Shown: positions 1-9,250 of the stretch, piece by piece
Numbering within the stretch: position 1 is the stretch's first letter
Layout of the letters: each line of letters begins with the position of its first letter
Assembly (NCBI GenBank): GCA_038238115.1
Contig: JBBRYB010000015.1
Coordinates: forward strand, 17,656-81,655
From: Propionibacteriales bacterium
GTDB lineage: Bacteria > Actinomycetota > Actinomycetes > Propionibacteriales > Nocardioidaceae
Direction: 5' to 3'
Length of the DNA: 64,000 nt
Notes under the pieces: model-generated
Database searches by the model: none
What the model was told of the DNA's origin: nothing
Seen by the model: the letters and a program-made list of their open reading frames with translations, nothing else
Translations under genes and position numbers: made by a program

Positions 1-74
1 GCGGCGCGGGCGCACAGGACGGCCAGACAAGCGGCTATTCGGGGTCGACGCCGTTGGCCGTACCGTTCAGGTGA

Positions 75-1013
75 ATGCCACATGAGCCCTTCGCGCAGGT
101 GACCCTGCTGGGCCCTCAACGACGACCGACCGTCGATCAAGTTGCAGACTCGGTCGATGGCGGCTCGCCACTCGCCACCGTGACCGCCGGCTGGCAGGAG
201 CGCGAGCCCGACGACGCCGAGTTGGACGCGTTGCTGGCCGGGCGCAGCGTCAATCTGGGACTGTACGGTCGATGGCTCGACGTCCAGGAGCGCGACCCCG
301 AGTTCGCGCTCGCCGAGCTCGACCACCGAGGCGTCCTTGAAGAGCTGAGGCTGCTGCACCTCGTCCAACTCGAGGCTGCGCTCCTGGCGATGGACACGCT
401 CGGGCACCGCAGGGGCGGTGAGCCGCGTGCGATCTGTGCGGCCCTGACAGACGCCGATGCGGTCCTGCGGCTCATCGACGAGCGGCACACCGGCCGGATC
501 CAAGCCGTGGACGCTGACTTCGCCTCGGCTCACCGCGTCGAAGTGCGACCCGTCGTCGCCGAGCATCGCGAGAGGATTCAAGCGCTGCTCGAACCTGCGG
601 CGGGGATCGTCATTGCCGGTGGTCACGTCGGTGTCCTTCTCCGATTGATGCAACTCTTCGACGTCCGGCCGTCCGCGTCCCAGACGGTGATCGCCTGGTC
701 GGCCGGCGATATGGCCCTTACCGAAAGGGTTGTGCTGTTTCATGACCGTGCCCCGCAGGGCCCCGCTCCACCAGAGATCTATGCCGACGGCTTGGCGCTG
801 ATCCGAGAAGCCGTGTTGCTTCCGCATGCCCGGCGACGGCTCCGCATCGGCGACCCGATGCGGCTAGCGGCGATGTCTCGCCGGTTCGCTCCGGCGAGGT
901 GTGTTGTCCTCGACGACGGCGTCCGGCTTGATCTGACGCCAGATGGAAAACTCCCGCCGGACACTCGCGTGATCGCGGCCGACGGCCGCATCGTTACTTT
1001 GGAGGAGGAGTGA
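75..1013 (+). CDS. hypothetical protein with peptidase S51 / class-I amidotransferase-like signatures
   Basis: 312-aa ORF. IVIAGGHVGVLL and AWSAGDMAL resemble the nucleophile region of S51 (PepE/cyanophycinase-like) proteins. The stop overlaps the next start (GTGA at 1010-1013), which follows GGAGGAGGAG. Confidence 0.5.
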   Translation: MPHEPFAQVTLLGPQRRPTVDQVADSVDGGSPLATVTAGWQEREPDDAELDALLAGRSVNLGLYGRWLDVQERDPEFALAELDHRGVLEELRLLHLVQLEAALLAMDTLGHRRGGEPRAICAALTDADAVLRLIDERHTGRIQAVDADFASAHRVEVRPVVAEHRERIQALLEPAAGIVIAGGHVGVLLRLMQLFDVRPSASQTVIAWSAGDMALTERVVLFHDRAPQGPAPPEIYADGLALIREAVLLPHARRRLRIGDPMRLAAMSRRFAPARCVVLDDGVRLDLTPDGKLPPDTRVIAADGRIVTLEEE

Positions 1014-2179
1014 GTCCGGCCGGCACTACGCCTTCTGGTGGCCTGCTGGCTATCAACCGGCTCAAGGAGCGGATGCCGCTCGACGCGGTCGCGGTCGACC
1101 GGTTCATCGCGAGCCACCCGATACCCGTCGTGGAGGGACGGCGCTGCACCTTCGTGTTCCGAGGTGAGGCAGAAAACGTCGACCTGGTTCAGCGAATCGT
1201 CGGACTCCCGAACCAGTTGCCGCTGCGCAGGGTCCGGGGAACAGACCTGTGGTACCTCGTGCTGGAGCTGCCGGAGGGATCACGGATCGAGTACCAGATC
1301 GAGGTCAGCCGTGGCGGACACCGCGAGCGCTTCAACGACCCGCTGAACCCCGCGCTTTCGCACAGCCCGATGGGCAGCTCGTCGGTGTGCTTCGCGCACG
1401 GTTACGAGACACCGGAGTGGGCCTTGCCGGACCCCGATGCTCGCTGCGGAGTGCTGAGTGAGCTTGTCATCGCGAGCAAGGCGATGCAGCGCGACTGCCA
1501 CGTGACGCTCTACCTCCCTGCGAGGTTTACCCGGTCGGCCAGCTATCCCCTGCTCGTGGTGCACGACGGCGGCGACTTCCTGCAGTACGCATCGGCCGAT
1601 GTGGTCCTCGACAACCTTATCCATCGACTCGACGTGGCTGAGATGGTCGTCGCGTTCCTTCATCCCGTGGACCGGCTGACTGAATACACCAACTCGACGG
1701 CTCACTCGCGATTTGTCACCAACGAGCTCGTGCCTCGGCTCGAGGCCGAGTTGCCCCTTGTCGGCCAACGGTCGGGTCGATGCCTGCTGGGCTCGAGCTT
1801 TGGGGCAATCGCGTCGTTGTCGGCTGCGAACCGGTCGCCAGGTACTTACGGCTCCCTCGTCCTCATGTCAGGCTCCTTCGTCTTCACCGACATCGCGACC
1901 GACCACGGCGGCGGACCCGCGTTCGATCCGGTCGTCAAGTTCGTCAACCGGTTCCGTGCCCGTCCCCGGCGAGTCTCCGACGCTGTCTTCATGAGCTGCG
2001 GGCTCTACGAACCGCTCATCGTCCCCAACCGGGCCATGGTCTTGACGCTCGAGTCGGCGGGAGTCCAGGTCCGGTTCGTGGAGGCTCGCGACGGTCATAG
2101 CTGGGAGAATTGGCGGGACCGGCTCCGCGACGCCCTGTCCTACATCTACCCGGGACCGCAGAAGCTGGTGTACGAGTAG
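1010..2179 (+). CDS. esterase family protein (enterochelin-esterase-like alpha/beta hydrolase)
   Basis: 389-aa ORF with a GxSxG nucleophile elbow (LLGSSFGAIASL). The N-terminal beta domain (DLWYLVLELPEGSRIEYQIEV) is typical of Fes/IroE-like esterases. Strong SD directly upstream. Confidence 0.75.
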   Translation: MSPAGTTPSGGLLAINRLKERMPLDAVAVDRFIASHPIPVVEGRRCTFVFRGEAENVDLVQRIVGLPNQLPLRRVRGTDLWYLVLELPEGSRIEYQIEVSRGGHRERFNDPLNPALSHSPMGSSSVCFAHGYETPEWALPDPDARCGVLSELVIASKAMQRDCHVTLYLPARFTRSASYPLLVVHDGGDFLQYASADVVLDNLIHRLDVAEMVVAFLHPVDRLTEYTNSTAHSRFVTNELVPRLEAELPLVGQRSGRCLLGSSFGAIASLSAANRSPGTYGSLVLMSGSFVFTDIATDHGGGPAFDPVVKFVNRFRARPRRVSDAVFMSCGLYEPLIVPNRAMVLTLESAGVQVRFVEARDGHSWENWRDRLRDALSYIYPGPQKLVYE

Positions 2180-2309
2180 TCCATAGGACGGTACAACACA
2201 CCTGACAGGCCGCCAGTGCGCGGATCGGCCACGAGGTCGGCGGCACGATCGGCTGACTTCCAGCAGACTCTTGGATCGGCCGGGTCCGAAACGAGCAAGA
2301 GCGGGGAAC

Positions 2310-3032
2310 ATGAAACTCACCGAGCAATGGTTCTCGCACCGGATGCAGCAAGACATCGGGCTCGTGCGGTGGGGACACTACGGCAGGCCGATTCTCGTTT
2401 TCCCGACTGCTGGCGGCGACGCCGGCGAGATCGAGCGCAACCACCTGGTGGCCGCCTGCGGAGATCTCATCGAAGGCGGCAGGGTCAAGCTGTACTCCTG
2501 TGACAGCGTGGCCGGGCAGTCAATGGTCGCCGCGGCGGGCTCGCTGGCCCATCGGATGTGGCTGCTCAACCAGTTCCACGAGAGTGTCGTCCATGAGGTC
2601 GTTCCTGCCATCCACGCCGACCTCGGCGCCGAACTGCCGATCGTCACGGCCGGCGCCTCGATCGGCGCGTTCAACGCGCTCGCCGTGCTGTGTCGCTACC
2701 CAGGCGTCTTCAGCGCTGCGGTCTGTATGAGCGGGACGTACCAGATCGAGCGCTTCTTTGACGGTCAGGTCAACGATGACCTGTATTTCTCCTCACCGGT
2801 CCACTTCCTCCCAGGTCTCGAAGGCCCACACCTGGAGGCGCTGCAGCATCGGTTCGCCATCATCGCGTCGGGACAAGGCGCCTGGGAGGACATCGGTGAG
2901 TCCTGGTACGCGGCGGATGTGCTCGGCCACAAGGGCGTCCCGAACCGGGTGGACGCCTGGGGCTGCGAATGGGACCACGAATGGCCCACATGGTGCCGGA
3001 TGCTGCCGCAGTATCTCGACGAGATCTGCTGA
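2310..3032 (+). CDS. esterase family protein (alpha/beta hydrolase)
   Basis: In-frame ATG at 2310 (MKLTEQWFSH). GxSxG motif (GASIGAFNAL). Second esterase-fold gene in tandem with the first. Confidence 0.7.
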   Translation: MKLTEQWFSHRMQQDIGLVRWGHYGRPILVFPTAGGDAGEIERNHLVAACGDLIEGGRVKLYSCDSVAGQSMVAAAGSLAHRMWLLNQFHESVVHEVVPAIHADLGAELPIVTAGASIGAFNALAVLCRYPGVFSAAVCMSGTYQIERFFDGQVNDDLYFSSPVHFLPGLEGPHLEALQHRFAIIASGQGAWEDIGESWYAADVLGHKGVPNRVDAWGCEWDHEWPTWCRMLPQYLDEIC

Positions 3033-3241
3033 CGTCAGCCATCGCTCACGCTCCAAGCCGGCAGATGGAGGCTCTCATTCGCCCCGTGCGCCCGGGTATC
3101 TGGGTCCTGCACTCCCATAGTCGGGATTTCGGACTTGGGCACCCGTCGCTGCGAAGGTCAACCGACTGGACCGCCTGACTTGGGCGAGAGCTCGCCAAGA
3201 CGGCAGTATCCGGTCGCGAGTGCGCAGGATGGTTCGGCCCG

Positions 3242-3783
3242 TCAAAGACCGGGCAGCCCGTCGATGCTCGTCGCGTTCTTCGACGCGCGGTAGGAGTCCA
3301 ATCCGTCGGGTCCCTGCTTTTGCGCGGTCAGTCGCAGCAGGTCGCGCTCTGCGACAAGGTCCACGACCGGTACGCCGTACCCACAGGATTCGCTGCCCCC
3401 GCTCCACGTCGACGATGACGACTGCGCGGGTGCTGGGATGCGCGGGGCGCCGACCCAACGACGTCGTCGTACGCGGCCTCACCGGGAAGCGCGACGAAGC
3501 CACGCCCGTGTAGCCGCACGACGCGGGGCCGCCGGTCGAAGGAGACGAACATCAAACAGATACGGCCGTTCTCGCGCACGTGCGCGATCGTCTCGACGCC
3601 ACTGCCGGTGTAGTCAACCCAGGCCACTTGGTTGGGTCCGAGGATCGTCAGGCTGTCGTGCCCTCGCGGCGAAACGTTGACGTGCCCATCGGGGGCAAGC
3701 GGCGCAGTCGCGACGAACCACAGCGGCTGTGCCGAGATCCATCGGGCCAACGCTGGGTCGATGCCCTCGAAGACCTTGCCCAC
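3242..3783 (-). pseudogene. pyridoxamine 5'-phosphate oxidase family protein, disrupted by two frameshifts
   Basis: The N-terminal 100 aa (GKVFEGIDPALARWISAQPLWFVATAP...HGRG) are typical of the family. The conserved C-terminal segments RAVVIVDVER and SESCGYGVPVVD...SIDGLPGL* lie in the other two frames, and each shift sits at a G run. Confidence 0.6.
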
Positions 3784-4389
3784 CGCAGCACCCTAGAGCT
3801 CCCCACCTGAACGAGACCGCGCACGGTCGGGGTTGCCGTGCCTCGGCCGATGCGGAACTCGTTGACCTCGGGGGTCGCATGACCGTCCAGCTCGACCCCG
3901 GGCCAACCGGCTCGGTACGCCGGCTCGAGTGGCGCCAACTTCAAACCAGCCGCCGACCTGATCCTGACAGCGGCACAGCAGCTGACCAGACTGCCCGTGA
4001 TACCCGTTCCCGCGGGCTTCCGGGTCCACAGCCCGTCGACCTGCTCCGCGGATGCGTGCAAGCCACACCCCGCCGCCGCCGAACCTGGGAGGCCTTTCTG
4101 GCCGAGCGGGTCGGCACACGAGGTGCTTCCTTTGGCAGGTTTAGCCAAGTGTGCGTTCTCTACGACCTTCCGTTAACCCGAGCGTGCTTACCGTCGAGGT
4201 ATGCCTTTGCACCTGCCGGTATTCGAAAGAAACGGCAGAGTTCTCGCGAGGAGGCTGCGGGCTCAGTGGCTGCGAGCATGGTGGCTGCGCGGCCGCCGGG
4301 ACATTCCGGGTCGGCGGGGGTCCATTGGCATCGAGGAGCTTGTTGTCAGGCCTGGGCGGGGCAGCGATCCGCGGACGCGCGACAAACGG

Positions 4390-5595
4390 GTGTGGCTCGC
4401 CGTGGCGGCCGGCCGGGCGGTTGCCGTGGTGTCGAGGGCGTCAGGACGCGGCGCCGGCGGCGTGATCGGCGGTCGAGTTACCCTGATGTTGGCGCCGTCG
4501 ACGGCTGAGGTGTTGGCGGCGGGTCGCGACGTCTTCCTCGTGAGCGGCACCAACGGAAAGACCACCACGTCAGCTCTCCTGACGGCGGCGTTGAGCAGCC
4601 GGGCTGTTGTTGTGAGCAATGGTGACGGCGCCAACACGGACTCAGGGTTGGTGACGGCTTTGGCCGGCAGCGATGCAGATACGGTCGTGCTGGAGACCGA
4701 CGAACGCTGGCTGCCTTGGGCGGTGTCGCAGCTAGACCCTGCGGCGGTGGTTCTTCTCAATCTCTCGCGAGACCAACTGTCACGTCACCATGAGGTGGCC
4801 AGACTGGTGTCGACCTGGCGACAAGCCCTGCGTGGGGTACCGATGGTCGTCGCCAACGCCGATGATCCCAACGTCGTCTGGTCGGCGCTGGCGGCCGACA
4901 AGCAGGTATGGGTTGGCGCTGGCCAGGTGTGGACGCAAGACTCGGTCGCCTGTCCGCGATGCGGCCGTCTCTGCCGCCGGGACGGCGAACCGTGGGCTTG
5001 CGTGTGCGGGCTCACGCGTCCGCAGCCGATGTGGTGGATGGAAGACGACGACCTGGTGTGCGATTCCTTCCGGCTACCTCTGCGCTTGCAGCTTCCGGGC
5101 CGGTTCAACCAGGCCAACGCGGCAATGGCCGTCGCCGCTGCAGTCTCGGGGGGCGTCGAAGGGGAAACTGCCGTCCGGGCCATGTGCACGATCACCGACG
5201 TCGGGGGACGCTTTGCAATCGAGGACCAGGACGGTCGGCAGGTTCGGTTGCTGCTCGCCAAGAATCCGGCCGGCTGGCTCGAGACCCTCCGACTCGTGAG
5301 CCACGGTGACGGATCCTTGGTCTTGGCGTTGAACTCCGACGGCGTCGACGGGCGCGACCCGTCCTGGTTGTACGACGTCTCCTTTACCGGCCTTGCTGGC
5401 CGCACCATCATCGTCATGGGTCGACGCTCGACCGACCTGAAGGTGAGACTGAAGCTTGACGACCTGACCTGTGTTTCCGCACATCACATCCTCGACGCGT
5501 TGGCACTCTTGCCGTCTGGTCGAGTCGACGTCGTCGCCGACTACACCGCCTTCCAAGCCACCCGGCGAGAGCTCGCCCATGCCTCGATACGGTGA
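4390..5595 (+). CDS. murT: lipid II isoglutaminyl synthase, Mur-ligase subunit MurT
   Basis: Mur ligase P-loop (VSGTNGKTTT), a Cys4 ribbon (CPRCG...CVCG) and a DUF1727-like C-terminus. The start is uncertain: GTG 4390 is chosen by alignment logic, but the ORF is open from ATG 4201. Confidence 0.8.
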   Translation: MWLAVAAGRAVAVVSRASGRGAGGVIGGRVTLMLAPSTAEVLAAGRDVFLVSGTNGKTTTSALLTAALSSRAVVVSNGDGANTDSGLVTALAGSDADTVVLETDERWLPWAVSQLDPAAVVLLNLSRDQLSRHHEVARLVSTWRQALRGVPMVVANADDPNVVWSALAADKQVWVGAGQVWTQDSVACPRCGRLCRRDGEPWACVCGLTRPQPMWWMEDDDLVCDSFRLPLRLQLPGRFNQANAAMAVAAAVSGGVEGETAVRAMCTITDVGGRFAIEDQDGRQVRLLLAKNPAGWLETLRLVSHGDGSLVLALNSDGVDGRDPSWLYDVSFTGLAGRTIIVMGRRSTDLKVRLKLDDLTCVSAHHILDALALLPSGRVDVVADYTAFQATRRELAHASIR

Positions 5596-6412
5596 CCTGT
5601 CGATCGTGCTCGTCTACCCGGAGCTGCTCGACACGTATGGAGATCGGGGAAACGCGCTAGCGCTCGTCCAGCGTGCCCGTGGGCGGGGACTGCCCGTGTC
5701 AGTCACCGAGGTGGCACTGGGCGGACCTGTTCCGCGGTCCGGTGACATCTACCTGATCGGTGGGGGTGAGGACGCTGCCCAGCTCCTGGCCGGGCAGAGT
5801 TTGCGCGCCGACAAGAACCTCGCTGGGGCTCTTGGCGACGGGGCAGCCTGCCTGGCTGTCTGCGCCGGCTTCCAACTGCTGTCGCTATCCTTCAGCGCCC
5901 GCGATGGCCGAACTGTTCCCGGGCTCGAAGTGCTGGACGTCAGTTGCGGCCGGCTCGTCGGTGCACGCGCCGTGGGAGAGGTGGTCGCGGACCCCGTTGG
6001 CATCCCGGGTCTCCCTGTCCTCACCAGCTACGAGAACCACCAGGGAACCGCGAGCCTGGGTCCGCAGGCGCGGCCGCTGGGACGGCTGCTGCGTGGCAGC
6101 GGCAACGGTGACGGGGTCAACGAGGGTGCCGTCCAGGCCAACATCGTGGGTACCTATATGCACGGGCCCGTCCTGGTGCGCAATCCCGCCCTTGCAGACC
6201 ATCTGCTCGAGCAGTCGACCGGTGCTCTCGCACCCCTGCACGACGAGGATGTCGAGCGCCTGCGCCAGGAGCGACTGCGTGAGGCGCTTCGGCATCGGCA
6301 ACACCGACGTTCCCCGAAAGGGAGCCGATCCCATCTCGTCGATCTCATCCACGACCACAGTTGGTCGGCCTCGTGCCCTTTGCGCCTCGCCCAGGCGGTC
6401 AGGGAGTCGTAG
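5579..6412 (+). CDS. gatD: lipid II isoglutaminyl synthase, glutaminase subunit GatD (CobQ-type amidotransferase)
   Basis: ATG 5579 overlaps the murT 3' end. LSIVLVYPELLDTYGDRGN, nucleophile context CAGFQLL and YENHQG are typical of GatD. Confidence 0.8.
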   Translation: MPRYGDLSIVLVYPELLDTYGDRGNALALVQRARGRGLPVSVTEVALGGPVPRSGDIYLIGGGEDAAQLLAGQSLRADKNLAGALGDGAACLAVCAGFQLLSLSFSARDGRTVPGLEVLDVSCGRLVGARAVGEVVADPVGIPGLPVLTSYENHQGTASLGPQARPLGRLLRGSGNGDGVNEGAVQANIVGTYMHGPVLVRNPALADHLLEQSTGALAPLHDEDVERLRQERLREALRHRQHRRSPKGSRSHLVDLIHDHSWSASCPLRLAQAVRES

Positions 6413-6432
6413 CGTCACTTGGTCTGCGCCAC

Positions 6433-7587
6433 TCAGCACGCCGGATCGGCTGCGGATAAGCGCGACATCGGCGGACGGCCTCGTGGGTAGATCATGAGCC
6501 GTCCCAAGAGCACGGCGAGGAAGGCGATGGTGACGCCGGCAACGTCGTCGACAGCAAAGTGCCAGCCGAGGTAGATCGTGGCGAGCACGGTCCCGAACAG
6601 GAAGACGGTCAGCACCTGGCTGGTTCGACGCAGGTTGTAGTAGCGCGCCATCAGCACGATCACACAGACGACGCCGACATGGAGGCTCGCGAACGCGGAC
6701 ACCTGCGCGAAGGCGTCGCCGGCATTCGGGTGGGCCAGCAGGTAGGCGCGCTGCGCCATGTATCTCGCCTGGGTGTCCTGGATCATCATGTGGGGGAGGC
6801 CCGCGAAGTCTTGCGGCGCCGAGTTGAAGGGGCCAAGGGACGGGATGAGGTAGTAGCAGCCGACGCCGAGGATCCAGACCCACAGCGCCGAGGCGATGAA
6901 GACGTAGCCGTCCCGGATCCGGTTCGCGAACACCAACGCCGCGACGAACGAGACGGACACCAGGGACGAGAACGACTCGTAGATCACCATCAGGGCGTAG
7001 GCGGCGACGTGCTGACCGAGAAGCTCGTGCAAGAGGACGGCGGGGCTGTGTCCGAAGAAGAGCCATCGGTCCCACTGCAGGAGCATGTCGTCGCGGACCT
7101 GGTTGAACACGTCCCAGCTCTTGAGGTTGTGATAGCAGAAGTAGACGAGGTGGTAGGCCAACAGGCCGCTCATCGCAAGGACCAGGCGCCGCCGAGTCCA
7201 GCGGTCTCGGAGCGCGTCCAACACCTTCCTCACGCTCCAGCCCCGACGACCGACGCGAGCGTTTGCCTCCACGACGGCCAGGACCACGAACAACCCGAGC
7301 GAGAACACGATCCTGGAGCGGAAGACCCCGCCGTGCGGATCGCGGACCGGGATGCCGACGTGGTAAGACCACGTCGCTGTGACGATCGCGAACAGCGCGA
7401 CGAGGGCCCACACGCGGATCAGCCAGCGGTAATCGGGCTCGTGATCTGGCGACGAATCCTGAGTGAGCGGGTCCGGTCCTGGCAACTCAGAAGTCGAAAT
7501 GCTTGGTTCCTTCCGCCCGTGCTTGCAGCTGATGCAGTGCGTGCGGCCGCTATGAGGTCGCGACCTTGGGACTCGTCGTTCAGGCAA
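6433..7587 (-). CDS. PAP2-superfamily integral membrane protein (phosphatase / phosphotransferase-like)
   Basis: Multiple hydrophobic helices. C-terminal SLHVG and HFAVDD resemble PAP2 motifs C2/C3. The start codon is uncertain. Confidence 0.55.
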   Translation of the reverse strand: MPERRVPRSRPHSGRTHCISCKHGRKEPSISTSELPGPDPLTQDSSPDHEPDYRWLIRVWALVALFAIVTATWSYHVGIPVRDPHGGVFRSRIVFSLGLFVVLAVVEANARVGRRGWSVRKVLDALRDRWTRRRLVLAMSGLLAYHLVYFCYHNLKSWDVFNQVRDDMLLQWDRWLFFGHSPAVLLHELLGQHVAAYALMVIYESFSSLVSVSFVAALVFANRIRDGYVFIASALWVWILGVGCYYLIPSLGPFNSAPQDFAGLPHMMIQDTQARYMAQRAYLLAHPNAGDAFAQVSAFASLHVGVVCVIVLMARYYNLRRTSQVLTVFLFGTVLATIYLGWHFAVDDVAGVTIAFLAVLLGRLMIYPRGRPPMSRLSAADPAC

Positions 7588-7731
7588 CGCAGATTCCCTG
7601 CGAAGAGTATGCGCGTTGATCCTGAAGAGACGATGAAGGCGGGCGGCTCATTCATCGCCCTTTCCGGGTGCTGGCGTGGTCAGCACCGACCGGCTTGGAC
7701 TCCGGCGTGCTCGAGCAGGAGCACCGCCGAT

Positions 7732-8014
7732 CTAGCGGAGGGATCCCCGATCAATGCACGGGGACTCGACCTCCATCCCTGCGAGAGGGCAGCCGGTCTG
7801 AGGCGGCCGTCGAAGGTGAGGAAAGGTCCTAGTCCGGGCCATTCGACAGGGCCTCAGCGAGGTGGATGGCGTCCAGCGAGTGCAAGTCTGCTGGCCCGAG
7901 GTCGCCCGCGCGATCGAGCAGTGGCTCGTCGATGCGCACCAGCCGAATCGCTCCGAGCAGGCGCCGGGCCCTGCCCACGAGGTGGTCGTTCCCAGAGCGG
8001 CGCAGAGCGCGCAC
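7732..8014 (-). pseudogene. PIN-domain (VapC-like) toxin remnant
   Basis: LHSLDAIHLAEAL is followed by TAG. The expected continuations FLTFDGRLRPAA and GMEVESP lie in the two other frames. No N-terminal acidic PIN motif was found upstream. Confidence 0.4.
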
Positions 8015-8065
8015 GGTCTCTGTGCGCAGAGGGCAGCCGACTCGGCGGCGGATACGCTGACCCTC

Positions 8066-9223
8066 GTGACCACGCCGACCCTCGCCGATGTCGTGTCAGT
8101 GATCGAAGGTCTCTACCCCCCGCGGTGGGCCGTCGAGGGTGACCCGGTCGGGCTGGTGGTCGGTGACCTTTCAGCCGGCATCCAGCGCATCCTGTTCGCT
8201 GTGGACCCCGTGCAAGCCGTCGTCGACGAGGCGGTCGAGAGCGGCGCCGACCTTGTCGTGACTCACCACCCGCTGCTGTTTCGGCCCGTTTCGTCTGTGG
8301 CGGCCGACCGACCGAAGGGCCGCGTCGTGCACGAGCTCATCCGCCACGGCATCGCCTTGTACGTCGCACACACCAATGCCGACTCACCGGCGCGAGGCGT
8401 CTCGGAGTCGATGGCGGAGGTGCTCGGCCTCGAGGAGGTGCGGCCCCTGGTGTCCGATCCAGCCGAGCCACTCGACAAGGTCGTGACGTTCGTTCCGCAC
8501 GCCAGCGCGCAGGGCGTCATCGATGCGCTGGCCGCGGCCGGTGCCGGGGCCGTGGGCGACTACGACCGCTGCGCATTCGTCGCCGTCGGCGAGGGAACGT
8601 TTCGGCCCGGCCCGTACTCACACCCGGTCGTCGGTGAGCGCGGCCGGATCGAGGTCGTTGCCGAGTCGCGGGTCGAGATGGTGCTGCCACGGCCTCGTCG
8701 CGATGATGTCGTGGCTGCGCTCAGGCAAGCGCACCCCTACGAGGAGCCGGCGTTCGACGTGCTCGAGTTGGCGTCGTGGCCCGCTGACCGGGGCGCCGGG
8801 CGGGTCGGCAGACTGCGCCGACCCGTCTCGCTCAAGGAGTTCGCCGACTCCGTCGCCGCGGCGCTGCCCCAGACCGCGGTCGGGGCGCGGGTGTCAGGTG
8901 ACCTGAGCCGCCGCGTCGAGGTGGTCGCGCTTGCCGGCGGTGCCGGAGACTTCCTCCTCGACGACGCGCGCGCCAGCGGTGCTGACGTCTTCGTCACGTC
9001 CGACCTGCGGCACCACCCGGCGTCGGAGTTCCGTGAGCATCACGACGCGCCGGCTCTGGTCGACGTACCGCACTGGGCAGCGGAGTGGACCTGGCTGCCG
9101 GTCGTGGGCGACGCAGTCGGCTCGGCGCTCACACGGCTGGGCAAGACCATGACGACCCAGGTCTCGGACCTTTGCACCGACCCATGGAACTATCGTGCGT
9201 GGGGGCGCACCACTGAGCCGTGA
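8066..9223 (+). CDS. Nif3-like dinuclear metal center protein (GTP cyclohydrolase 1 type 2 family)
   Basis: TLADVVSVIEGLYPPRWAVEGDPVGLVVGD, VVTHHPLLFRP and VAHTNAD motifs. The start is set at in-frame GTG 8066, because the ORF upstream of it is antisense to the PIN remnant. Confidence 0.8.
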   Translation: MTTPTLADVVSVIEGLYPPRWAVEGDPVGLVVGDLSAGIQRILFAVDPVQAVVDEAVESGADLVVTHHPLLFRPVSSVAADRPKGRVVHELIRHGIALYVAHTNADSPARGVSESMAEVLGLEEVRPLVSDPAEPLDKVVTFVPHASAQGVIDALAAAGAGAVGDYDRCAFVAVGEGTFRPGPYSHPVVGERGRIEVVAESRVEMVLPRPRRDDVVAALRQAHPYEEPAFDVLELASWPADRGAGRVGRLRRPVSLKEFADSVAAALPQTAVGARVSGDLSRRVEVVALAGGAGDFLLDDARASGADVFVTSDLRHHPASEFREHHDAPALVDVPHWAAEWTWLPVVGDAVGSALTRLGKTMTTQVSDLCTDPWNYRAWGRTTEP

Positions 9224-9250
9224 CCATGAAGTCCCTGTCACATCGCACTC

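Noticed and set aside
5885-7411. 508-aa minus-strand ORF, and similar very long ORFs elsewhere: 6559-8142, 12143-13393, 13857-14978, 19088-20560, 26113-27267, 34268-35773, 37762-39048, 43162-44910, 48828-51377 and 56951-58003.
   Set aside because: Each lies antisense to, or out of frame with, a gene that has unmistakable family motifs. Their translations are Arg/Pro/Gly/Asp-rich and low in complexity, with no motifs. This is the usual stop-codon-poor artefact of high-GC DNA.
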